Assembly: GCF_017357525.1 (NCBI RefSeq)
Contig: NZ_CP036172.1
Span: forward strand, 818,561-842,560
DNA: 24,000 nucleotides
From: Methanofollis aquaemaris
GTDB lineage: Archaea > Halobacteriota > Methanomicrobia > Methanomicrobiales > Methanofollaceae
Reading direction: 5' to 3'
In this document: positions 7,701 to 15,001 of the stretch, piece after piece
Numbering within the stretch: position 1 is the first letter of the stretch
Layout: every line of letters begins with the position of its first letter
The notes under the pieces: model-generated
Databases searched by the model: none
What the model was told of the DNA's origin: nothing
What the model saw: only the letters and a program-made list of their open reading frames with translations
Position numbers and translations under genes: made by a program

Positions 7701-7911
7701 TTCCCAACCTGCTTTCACTTTTACCCTGGTTTTCACTGACATACACTCAGGAAGTGTCACCATACGGGCGGACATTAGGGGCGCGATTGCCGATCCCGGC
7801 CTTTTCACCCCAATCTTCTCCGTCATGTTCACCAGGATCCCGATCGCGCACACACCCACCCCGAGACCCCGACGGATCAGATCTGCTCTGTGCCCCCCCA
7901 TTTTGGTGTAA
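7601..7911 (+). pseudogene. 5'-truncated remnant of a paralog of the 1637..2266 secreted-protein gene
   Basis: 7601-7700 aligns at nucleotide level with 1964-2063 (ccgggca(t/c)gggcctgttctgg...gccttcagtgcggaga...gcggaaggg.cgatggag). The encoded PGTGLFWIKLDGVAFSAETSVAEGSMEHAGE matches DPGMGLFWVDLDGVAFSAENLVAEGPMEVAGE. The N-terminal ~108 codons, including the signal peptide and start, are missing. Confidence 0.65.
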
Positions 7912-8335
7912 CATAGTACTCTGAGAGAGAGAGATCTCTCTTCTCTCTCTAGAATATGCATTCTGAGCCTCTTCATCCGTTCCCTTTGTGTTCACTTTTC
8001 CAGTGTAACTCCGGTGAAAACAGGGTGAAAAGGTGTCATTGTTCGGGGGGTCGGGGTCGAACCAGACATGCACGCCTCCACTCCACTGGGGATACGCCGC
8101 CAGGTCGGGGTGACCGGCGGCACCGCTGAAGAGAAGGAGGGAGAGAGAGTATAAAAAGGAAAGGGGATTTGTCCGAAAGTGGGAACGTCGGTGTCTCGCG
8201 AGATGGTGGCGGTCAGGCGAGATTGTCGTAATAATCCGACTCTGTTGAATCGGGCATGAACCCTGGGTTCCCCATACGTGATGGACCGGCAGAGGACGGG
8301 AACCCCCTCTGAACGATTCCCCGCTCGCCTTCCCA

Positions 8336-8498
8336 CCCTATCGCAATCCCGGGGGTTCCGGGGGCAGCGCCCCCGGCGCGTATGATGAGGGAAGGCACGG
8401 CGATCAGAAGGGCCGCCCCGCCAGAAGAACGAGAAACTTTATCCTGCTCTCTCGCGCCGGGGGGAGACCCCCCGGACCCCCCACGACGAAGATAGGGG
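8336..8498. repeat. Long imperfect inverted repeat (arms 8336-8380 and 8453-8498, 72-nt spacer) built from a G/C-palindromic element
   Basis: The left arm ccctatcgcaatcccgggggttccgggggcagcgcccccggcgcg pairs with the right arm cgcgccggggggagaccccccggaccccccacgacgaagatagggg. The right arm has an internal perfect hairpin ccgggggg-aga-ccccccgg (8457-8475). The left arm has ccggggg-cagcg-cccccgg. Confidence 0.7.
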
Positions 8499-8923
8499 TC
8501 GGGCGGCAGAGCACCCGGTGAAAGGATAGAAGAAGGCGAGGAATGGATGTTCACGCCACGAGGAGAGGAGAGTTTTACACCATCATCTTTCTTTATCTCT
8601 GGCAGAGGGGGAAGCCAGGAGAGTTTTGGGATGACCTCATGAAATGAATTTCATGCGGTATGCCTGAGGAGTGCTTTCGCCTCATGAGCGATTCTACAGA
8701 GCTGATATTTTATTTCAGCCTCACGGATCCTTCACCCCTGCTGTTCAAGGTTGGCGGCGCAAGAGGTGAGAGTGCCGTTCGCAAGTCCACGGGCGATGGA
8801 GCGGTCTGCATACTCGTTCTTAACGATATGAAAAGAGCGACCTGATCGCGTTGGCGCGGATTTCATACACATGCCTTCAGTCAGGGCAGGAAAAGCGTTC
8901 GGGATTTGGACCCAAAATCAGAG

Positions 8924-8996
8924 TGCTGCCATGGGGATTCGAACCCCAGTCGTCGGCGTGAAAGGCCGACATGATTGGCCACTACACTATGGCAGC
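8924..8996 (-). tRNA. tRNA-Glu (anticodon UUC)
   Basis: A 73-nt cloverleaf was folded by hand: acceptor GCTGCCA/TGGCAGC; anticodon stem TCGGC/GCCGA with loop CTTTCAC; T-arm TGGGG-TTCGAAT-CCCCA; discriminator A. No CCA is encoded. Confidence 0.9.
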
Positions 8997-9134
8997 AGAA
9001 GTGCTATACTATGTATTCCGATCCTGGTACTTAAATTTTCGGGCCATCGCCGACCGTCGCCGCCTCTCCCTCCCACAATATTCAAATAATCGCATGGCCA
9101 CAGACGCATGCGCGAGAGAGGGGGAGTGAAAGAA

Positions 9135-9518
9135 ATGAGTTTTGCAAGTCCGGTCTCTGTGGTCCACCCAAAGATTGTGGCCATCGAGAAGATCGTCGGC
9201 AAGAGGGTGAAAAACGCCCTGGGCGAAGACCTCGGCGAGGTCCATCACCTGATGGTGGACGTGCCCTCAGGTTCGATCATCTTTGCCGTCCTCTCCTCAG
9301 GGGGGATCATGGGCCTGGGAGAGAAACTGTACCCCGTGCCCTGGCAGGCACTCACCGAAAAAGAGGACGACTATCTCCTGAAGATCAGGAAAGAAACCAT
9401 GGAGACCGCACCAAGTTTTGATCACAACCACTGGCCAAAGGCCGACGACCTCTCATGGTTCGAGCGGGTCTTCAGGTTCTACGACTACAGCCCGCCCTGG
9501 GAGATCGAGATCAAATAA
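9135..9518 (+). CDS. PRC-barrel domain protein
   Basis: VGKRVKNALGEDLGEVHHLMVDVPSGSIIFAVLSSGGIMGLGEKLYPVPWQAL matches the PRC-barrel pattern. ATG 9135 is preceded by GGGGAGTGA; ATG 9108 is an alternative start. Confidence 0.7.
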   Translation: MSFASPVSVVHPKIVAIEKIVGKRVKNALGEDLGEVHHLMVDVPSGSIIFAVLSSGGIMGLGEKLYPVPWQALTEKEDDYLLKIRKETMETAPSFDHNHWPKADDLSWFERVFRFYDYSPPWEIEIK

Positions 9519-9537
9519 AAAAGAAGAAGGGATCCGA

Positions 9538-10404
9538 TCAGTAGATCGGGGTCCCTTCGTTCCCGGTGATGGTGGAGAAACCGGCCATCAACTGTTTGGT
9601 GATCGGGCCGGGGGTACCGGTTCCGATGGTCCGGCCGTCGATGGTGACGATCGGACCGAGTTCTGCCGCCGTGCCGGTGACAAAAACCTCGTCGGCGGTG
9701 TAGAGATCGAAGTACCCGACATCGCGTTCCATGACCGTGAGCCCGAGCGATGCCGCGGCTTCGAGGACGACATGCCTGGTGACGCCCCGCAGGTTATTGA
9801 GGGTGTGCGGGGTGATGAGGACACCGTTCTTGACCAGGAAGAGGTTGTCTCCCGACCCCTCGGTGATGTTGCCGTGGGTGTCAAGGAAGATCGCCTCGTC
9901 GCCGCCCTTGTAGTTGGCCTCGATCTTGGCAAGGATATTGTTGAGATAGTTGAGGCTCTTGACATTCGGCGGGAGAGCGTCGGCGGCGTTCCTGCGAACC
10001 GAAACGGTGATCGCGGTCAGGCCCTTCTCGTAGAGATCGCCGTACATCGCGCCCCACCCGGTGGCGATGATGATCACCGTCGGGGTGGCGCACTTGCGCG
10101 GGTCGAGGCCCAGGTCGCCCTTGCCGCGGGTGACGATCGGTCTGATGTAGGCGTCCTTGAGGTTGTTCCTGCGCAGGGTCTCAAGGAGCGCCTCCTTGAA
10201 CTCGTCCCTGGTGATGGGAACCTCAAGGTCGATCGTCTTGGCCGAGTCATAGAGCCGGTCGATGTGCTCGTCCAGTCTGAAGACCCGTCCGTCATAGGCC
10301 CGGATCCCCTCGAAGACACCGTCGCCGTACAGCAGGCCGTGGTCGAAGACCGAGACCTTTGCCTCTTCCTCGGGGACAAACTCACCGTTGAGGTAAATGA
10401 TCAT
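9538..10404 (-). CDS. ilvE: Branched-chain amino acid aminotransferase (class IV PLP enzyme)
   Basis: The 288-aa product has typical IlvE blocks ([65 protein letters not shown]). Confidence 0.9.
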   Translation of the reverse strand: MIIYLNGEFVPEEEAKVSVFDHGLLYGDGVFEGIRAYDGRVFRLDEHIDRLYDSAKTIDLEVPITRDEFKEALLETLRRNNLKDAYIRPIVTRGKGDLGLDPRKCATPTVIIIATGWGAMYGDLYEKGLTAITVSVRRNAADALPPNVKSLNYLNNILAKIEANYKGGDEAIFLDTHGNITEGSGDNLFLVKNGVLITPHTLNNLRGVTRHVVLEAAASLGLTVMERDVGYFDLYTADEVFVTGTAAELGPIVTIDGRTIGTGTPGPITKQLMAGFSTITGNEGTPIY

Positions 10405-10438
10405 GAATGATCTGTTAGAGCGACGAGGGTATAGAAGT

Positions 10439-11827
10439 TTATGGTCCGTTCAGCCGTTCCCTGCACCGGGAGACGAATCCCCGGTACAGGGCGGCGCTCG
10501 CCACCGGGTGGAGGTGGGTGTAGCTCGCGAGCACGTTGCCGCGGACCGCCCCGTCCATGCCGCCCGAGATCCCGGTACCCCTGGAGAGACGGTAGGCATA
10601 GGTCGTGCCCTCGTCGAGAATAACCTCGGAGTAGTGGAACTCGTGCCCCCGAAACGCCCAGTCGCCGAAAGGACAGGCAGGACCGGACCGCCCCTCGACA
10701 TAGCCCAGAGACCGGCGGGCCGGAATGGCCGCCTCGCCGGGCAGGACGCCGCACATCTCGTAGACCTCCTCGTGCTCCCGTCCCTGCCAGCCTGAGCGCA
10801 GGACCAGGCGGTCGGTGAGGTAGATGAGCCCGCCACACTCGGCATAGATGGGAACGTCGTTCTCAGCGGCGGCACGGAGTCCTTCCCGCATCCTGACATT
10901 TTTCTCCAGTCCTCCGGCGTAGAGTTCGGGATACCCGCCGCCGAGGATATAGCCGTCCGCCTCGGGGAAGGGGTCGTGGATGGGACTGAAGGTCACGACC
11001 TCCGCACCCAGCGCACCGAGGAGGTCGAAGAGATCGTTGTAGTAGAAGTTGAAGGCCTCGTCGTAGGCGACCGCGACCCTGAGGTCGGGTGCCGCCTGCA
11101 CCGGCGCAAAGATCTCCTCGGCCGGACCTTTCGGGGTGCACTCGACCATCAGCGCCTTCAGGGCGTCGAGGTCGATGCACGATGCCACGACGTCTTGAAT
11201 AGCCTCGACCCGCGCCAGAAAGTCGTCGCCCTCCTGCCCCTCGCGGTACGGGACCAACCCGAGGTGGCGCATCGCCAGCTGCATCCCCTCGTCTCTGGGG
11301 ACCGCACCGATCACCGGGAGCCCGCAGTAGTGTTCGATGGCTCTCGTGGTCTTTTCACGGTGACCTGCGGTCCTGATGTTGTTGAGGATGACGCCGGCGA
11401 CCTTCACCTCGGGGTCGAACCCGGCATAGCCGTTGACGATGGCGGCGGCGCTCCTGGTGATGCTCCGGGCGTCCACGACCAGGACCACCGGGAGGTCGAG
11501 GGCCTTGGCGACCGAGGCGGTGCTGCCGGCATCGCCCAGGGCCTCGGCACCCTCGAAAAGACCCCGTACCCCTTCGACCAGGGCGAGGTCGGCGCCCTTC
11601 GCGCCGTGCTCGAAGACTCCCTGCATCTGGGCCGGGGACATCACATAGGAGTCCAGGTTCCGGCAGGGTCGTCCGGTGACCGCCGTCAGATACGAGGGGT
11701 CGATGTAGTCCATCGCCACCTTGTAGGTCTGCACCGTGGCCTCCCGCGAGAGGAGGGCGGCGAGGGCGAGGGTGATGCTCGTCTTCCCGCTGCCCGACCG
11801 GTCGCCTGAGATGAGGAGTCCTTTCAT
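10439..11827 (-). CDS. cfbB: Ni-sirohydrochlorin a,c-diamide synthase (CbiA/CobB family amidotransferase)
   Basis: Starts [22 protein letters not shown] (P-loop) and has a C-terminal glutamine amidotransferase block ([17 protein letters not shown]). It sits in the cfb operon. ATG 11827 is preceded by GGGGAGAG. The 105-codon upstream extension in the track overlaps cfbD and was rejected. Confidence 0.85.
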   Translation of the reverse strand: MKGLLISGDRSGSGKTSITLALAALLSREATVQTYKVAMDYIDPSYLTAVTGRPCRNLDSYVMSPAQMQGVFEHGAKGADLALVEGVRGLFEGAEALGDAGSTASVAKALDLPVVLVVDARSITRSAAAIVNGYAGFDPEVKVAGVILNNIRTAGHREKTTRAIEHYCGLPVIGAVPRDEGMQLAMRHLGLVPYREGQEGDDFLARVEAIQDVVASCIDLDALKALMVECTPKGPAEEIFAPVQAAPDLRVAVAYDEAFNFYYNDLFDLLGALGAEVVTFSPIHDPFPEADGYILGGGYPELYAGGLEKNVRMREGLRAAAENDVPIYAECGGLIYLTDRLVLRSGWQGREHEEVYEMCGVLPGEAAIPARRSLGYVEGRSGPACPFGDWAFRGHEFHYSEVILDEGTTYAYRLSRGTGISGGMDGAVRGNVLASYTHLHPVASAALYRGFVSRCRERLNGP

Positions 11828-11831
11828 CCGC

Positions 11832-12905
11832 TCACTCTCCCCGTGCCATGCTCCGGAGCACCGCCCCGAACTCGCTCTCCACGATCTCCCTGACCCCGAG
11901 GGTCTTGGGATGGAGGTCGACCTCGACGACGACCATGGCATGGCCGATCCCCTTGAGGGGCGCGACCTGTCTGGGGCCGTTGGTGACCGAGATCGTCTCG
12001 ATCCCGTCGGTGTACTCCGGCGGGACAGCGTGGGGCACGCCGACCAGGAAGGCGAAGTCGGGTTTGATCTCCTGGATCCGTTCGCCGACGGCCTCGCCGT
12101 TCTCCCCGTACTCGTCGAGGGCGCCGAGGAGTTCGGGTTCAAGCCCCCGCTCCTTCATCCCGGTGAGGATGCGGGCGCCGTCGGCCCGCACCTTCGGGAG
12201 GCCCCGGTCTTCGAGGTTGGCAAGATAGGTGATCTCGGCCTCAGGGCAGGCCTCGCGGAGGGCGCAGAGTTCATCGGCAAACATGTATGCCGTTTCTTTC
12301 TTCGCGTTGAGCACCGCGACTCCCCGCTTCCCGCTCCTCGCAAGGTCGAGGATACGGCGAGCGGCGAGGTGCTTGAGGTCGCCACGGGACGGTTCGATGT
12401 ACGGCTGCGATGCCGCACCCCTGAGCCGTTCCACCTGGTTTGCCGCAGCGAGGAGGCGGCGTTGACGTTCGAGTTCCTCCCCGTCGATCCACCCGGCCCG
12501 TGCGGCGGGTTCGAGGACCGCAAGGACGCCCTCGATGTTCTCCCTGAAGCCGGCATGGATATCGACTGCGATTGTCGGGGTCTCGACACCCGACGCCTCG
12601 ATGGCCGCCTCGATATCCTCGCCGATGATCATCGAGACGCAGGTGCCGATCACCGCCATCCGCGCCGGGGAGAATTCTGTCTCTGCGTACCTGAGCACCC
12701 GTTCCAGAACGCCCTGGCCACCGAAGATGAACTCGTTCTCACCGAGCGAGGTGGTCAGGACTCGCATTCCGTCTTCTTCGAGGAGACGGGCATGCTTGAA
12801 CGAGCAGCCCGAGGGGCCGTGGAGGATGGCCACCTCCACCCCGAGGTCGCGGGCGGTATACAGGGAGGCGACGATCGAACTTGGCCGTGGTTGTACGTAT
12901 TCCAT
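11832..12905 (-). CDS. cfbD: Ni-sirohydrochlorin a,c-diamide reductive cyclase subunit (nitrogenase NifD/NflD-like)
   Basis: A nitrogenase component-1-like protein (ILHGPSGCSFKHARL, VIGTCVSMIIGEDI) located between cfbE and cfbB. ATG 12905 is preceded by GGAGAT and lies 1 nt after the cfbE stop. Confidence 0.8.
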   Translation of the reverse strand: MEYVQPRPSSIVASLYTARDLGVEVAILHGPSGCSFKHARLLEEDGMRVLTTSLGENEFIFGGQGVLERVLRYAETEFSPARMAVIGTCVSMIIGEDIEAAIEASGVETPTIAVDIHAGFRENIEGVLAVLEPAARAGWIDGEELERQRRLLAAANQVERLRGAASQPYIEPSRGDLKHLAARRILDLARSGKRGVAVLNAKKETAYMFADELCALREACPEAEITYLANLEDRGLPKVRADGARILTGMKERGLEPELLGALDEYGENGEAVGERIQEIKPDFAFLVGVPHAVPPEYTDGIETISVTNGPRQVAPLKGIGHAMVVVEVDLHPKTLGVREIVESEFGAVLRSMARGE

Positions 12906-12906
12906 T

Positions 12907-14088
12907 CTATCTCCATGTCTTGACGGCAAGGACAATAGTCCCACCGTTGCTCATCTGCTCTGCTCTGCTGATCCCGTCCTCCAGGTCGGCAGCCGTGACG
13001 GCGCCGGCCGGGAGGTCGTCTGCGTCGTAGTCGCCGACGATGACCGTTTTGTCTGGCCCGATCTCCTGCACCGCCGCCACCACTTCGTCGGCCGGGAAGC
13101 CCTCGCAGATGGTCTGGCCCTCGGTCCCGATCACCAGGACAAAGGGTGCGCCGCCTCCGAGGGCCCGTGCGTACGCGGCGGCATCGGCGGCGATCTCGCG
13201 GCATGCGCCGCTGTTCGCACAGTCAACGGTGAGCCGACCGTGCTCGCGGGAGACCGCCATCCGCCCGGTAAGGGGAGCGAAGTCCGCCAACCCCGTCGGG
13301 TCACGGCCCAGCAGACAGGCCGCGACGGCCGCCATCTGCAGCGGCGTCCGGTATCCCCGTAGGGCAAGGAGTGGGTTCTCAAACGAGCCCTGCACCTCCC
13401 CGTACCGGTAGATACAGTGCGTCCCCTCGACGACGGCGACCTCATCGGCGCCGACGGCGCCCGGCACCGTCACCCCGGCAGGGACGAGCACCCGTGCCGC
13501 GGCAGCGAGAGAACGGACCTTCTCGGTGATGGCCCGTCTCTTCCCGGCGGCGCAGGGGTAGTCGTCGCCCGAGGTGAGGACGGCAAGGTCGCCGGCCCCC
13601 GAGACGCCGAGAGACTCTTCGGCGATCAACCACCCGCCGCACTTGACCGCCTCTCTCGCGGCCGGGAGAACCGAAGCCGGCGTGATGGAGCGTCTCCACA
13701 GACGCCGACGCTCGGGAAAAACGAAGGTGCCCATCGAGGTGTGAAGCACACCACGGCCGCCAAGCACATGCGCCAGGGCCGTCGCCGTGGTGGTCTTCCC
13801 CCTCGCACCGGTGACCTCGACCATCAATCCGGGTCGGGATGAGAGAAGGAGGAGGCGGACCGCCTCATGATGGGTGATGACCTCGGGCCCCCGCCTGAGC
13901 AGGGGATGATCGGGATCGAGGTGGACCGGGGCGACGATCAGATCGTAGGATCGTCTCGCCGCCTCGGCAACAGAGATCCCGACCTCGCCGCGGTAGACGT
14001 CCACCGCATCGACGGTGTGCCCGGCCCCCTCCAGTGCCTCCGCAATCTCAGTGCCGCCATGGATAGTATCGAGGACGAGGACTCTCAT
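12907..14088 (-). CDS. cfbE: Coenzyme F430 synthetase (Mur-ligase family)
   Basis: Has the Mur-ligase P-loop VEVTGARGKTTTATALAHVL. Its size and its position directly after cfbA (zero-nt gap) fit the cfb operon described for methanogens. Confidence 0.8.
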   Translation of the reverse strand: MRVLVLDTIHGGTEIAEALEGAGHTVDAVDVYRGEVGISVAEAARRSYDLIVAPVHLDPDHPLLRRGPEVITHHEAVRLLLLSSRPGLMVEVTGARGKTTTATALAHVLGGRGVLHTSMGTFVFPERRRLWRRSITPASVLPAAREAVKCGGWLIAEESLGVSGAGDLAVLTSGDDYPCAAGKRRAITEKVRSLAAAARVLVPAGVTVPGAVGADEVAVVEGTHCIYRYGEVQGSFENPLLALRGYRTPLQMAAVAACLLGRDPTGLADFAPLTGRMAVSREHGRLTVDCANSGACREIAADAAAYARALGGGAPFVLVIGTEGQTICEGFPADEVVAAVQEIGPDKTVIVGDYDADDLPAGAVTAADLEDGISRAEQMSNGGTIVLAVKTWR

Positions 14089-14493
14089 TCAGACGTTTGC
14101 GTTGATCGCATCCTCGGCGTTCTTGACCATCAGGTCGGCCAGGAGGGGGTCGGGCCCGATGGGACCGGCATAGACCAGCGGGATCTCGCCGTTGTTGTGG
14201 GCGAAGGTGCCCTTATTCTCGCCCTCGGGGAGGCCGAGAAGGGCCGGGATGTCCTTGACGATGTGGATGCCCTTCGCAAGGAAGAGTGGGACGACGACAA
14301 GCATCTCGATCTCGTCCTCCTTGAAGAGATTCAGGGCGTCTTCCACGGTCGGGGTGTTCATGGACATGAAGCCCGGCCTGACCAGGTATTCAGGGTGCTG
14401 GTCTGCGATGTGGGCGGCGGTCTTTTCGATGAGTTCCTGGTTATAGGACAGCTTGCTGCCGTGTCCGACGAGTAGTAATCCCTTTTGTGACAT
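14089..14493 (-). CDS. cfbA: Sirohydrochlorin nickelochelatase (small CbiX-type chelatase)
   Basis: A 134-aa CbiX(S)-like product (LLLVGHGSK..., VVVPLFLAKGIHIVKDIP). It is the first gene of the cfbA-E-D-B string. Confidence 0.85.
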   Translation of the reverse strand: MSQKGLLLVGHGSKLSYNQELIEKTAAHIADQHPEYLVRPGFMSMNTPTVEDALNLFKEDEIEMLVVVPLFLAKGIHIVKDIPALLGLPEGENKGTFAHNNGEIPLVYAGPIGPDPLLADLMVKNAEDAINANV

Positions 14494-14570
14494 ACATTCA
14501 TGAGTACAACTTTCGTAGCATAAATGTGTTACCGATTGGTTCTCTGGCCCGCCCGGCCCACGCTATCTGA

Positions 14571-14960
14571 ATGAACGATTTCGAGCAGGATGTCGTCCAC
14601 TGCCACAACGATTTCTTCACCCGAAAACGCCTCCAGGGCTCTGCCTGCTGGCTCAAGCAGCACAAATATTCCACACAGTACGTTGATGTCCTCGTCGATT
14701 CACTCGACTCCCACCAATTATGCGCGATCGAGTGCACGTCACTCAAGAGCAAAAAAGATCTTTCCGGAGAAGACCGGACGGTGCGGCTATCCGACCGTCG
14801 AATTTCAGGGCGATTCCGGTCGAAAGAACCAGGCCCACCTGATGCCATGGGAGGCCCGGCTCACCTCTGGAGGAGGGACCCGGGCATCAGGATCGAAGAC
14901 TTCGAGAACTGCACCCCGCTTGAACGCACCGACGAGGCGTACATCCTCAACAGCCTGTAA
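14571..14960 (+). CDS. Hypothetical protein (weak PD-(D/E)xK nuclease / Hjc-like spacing)
   Basis: A 129-aa ATG ORF in the ~500-bp divergent gap, ending 41 nt before the next gene. The pattern FEQD...YVDVLV...CAIECTSLKSKK loosely recalls the E...D...ExK arrangement, but the Lys position is Thr. GC is lower than in neighbouring genes. Confidence 0.35.
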   Translation: MNDFEQDVVHCHNDFFTRKRLQGSACWLKQHKYSTQYVDVLVDSLDSHQLCAIECTSLKSKKDLSGEDRTVRLSDRRISGRFRSKEPGPPDAMGGPAHLWRRDPGIRIEDFENCTPLERTDEAYILNSL

Positions 14961-15001
14961 CAAAAGGGCTTTGTGATGGCAGGGACAACATTGGAGGAAG
15001 C

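Noticed and set aside
8046-8110. tRNA-like T-arm sequence (ggggtcgaacc) as a second tRNA, or as an att-site duplicate of tRNA-Glu.
   Set aside because: The flanks do not fold into a cloverleaf, because the T-stem halves are not complementary. The similarity to the tRNA-Glu 3' half is limited to the generic T-loop, so it is not an exact direct repeat.
8040-8560. SRP (7S) RNA or RNase P RNA in the GC-rich gene-free region.
   Set aside because: I could not find the conserved SRP helix-8 motif (…GGAAGG.AGCA…GGCAGGA-type) or the RNase P CR-I GAGGAAAGUCC on either strand. Only a covariance-model search could settle it.
8732-8872. 46-codon minus-strand ORF (MCMKSAPTRSGRSFHIVKNEYADRSIARGLANGTLTSCAANLEQQG) beside the tRNA, considered as an integrase or toxin fragment.
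   Set aside because: No recognisable recombinase or toxin motif and no SD. It is too short to support without homology evidence.
9418-10410. Long plus-strand ORF (330 aa) antisense to ilvE. Similar long antisense or overlapping ORFs occur at 10976-11809, 11736-12923, 13867-14475, 15314-16078, 7134-7976, 19125-20030 and 22842-23720.
   Set aside because: The translations are Arg/Gly/Pro/Asp-rich and low in complexity, with no recognisable motifs. Each lies opposite a gene with clear family signatures. This is the typical stop-codon-poor antisense frame of high-GC DNA.
11828-12142. 105-codon N-terminal extension of the cfbB ORF (track start at 12142). Analogous extensions occur for DUF447 (16616), pilin (22267), the antitoxin (18029), cfbD (12944, GTG) and nucleotidyltransferase copy 2 (6411).
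   Set aside because: The extensions overlap the upstream gene and are Ser/Arg/Pro-rich. Internal ATGs with SD-like sequences coincide with the conserved family N-termini (e.g. [16 protein letters not shown]).
8924-14493. Functional link between tRNA-Glu and the nearby tetrapyrrole (F430) operon, given that the C5 pathway starts from Glu-tRNA.
   Set aside because: The genes are separated by unrelated genes (PRC-barrel, ilvE). The tRNA is the general translational tRNA-Glu(UUC). Proximity is most simply coincidence.
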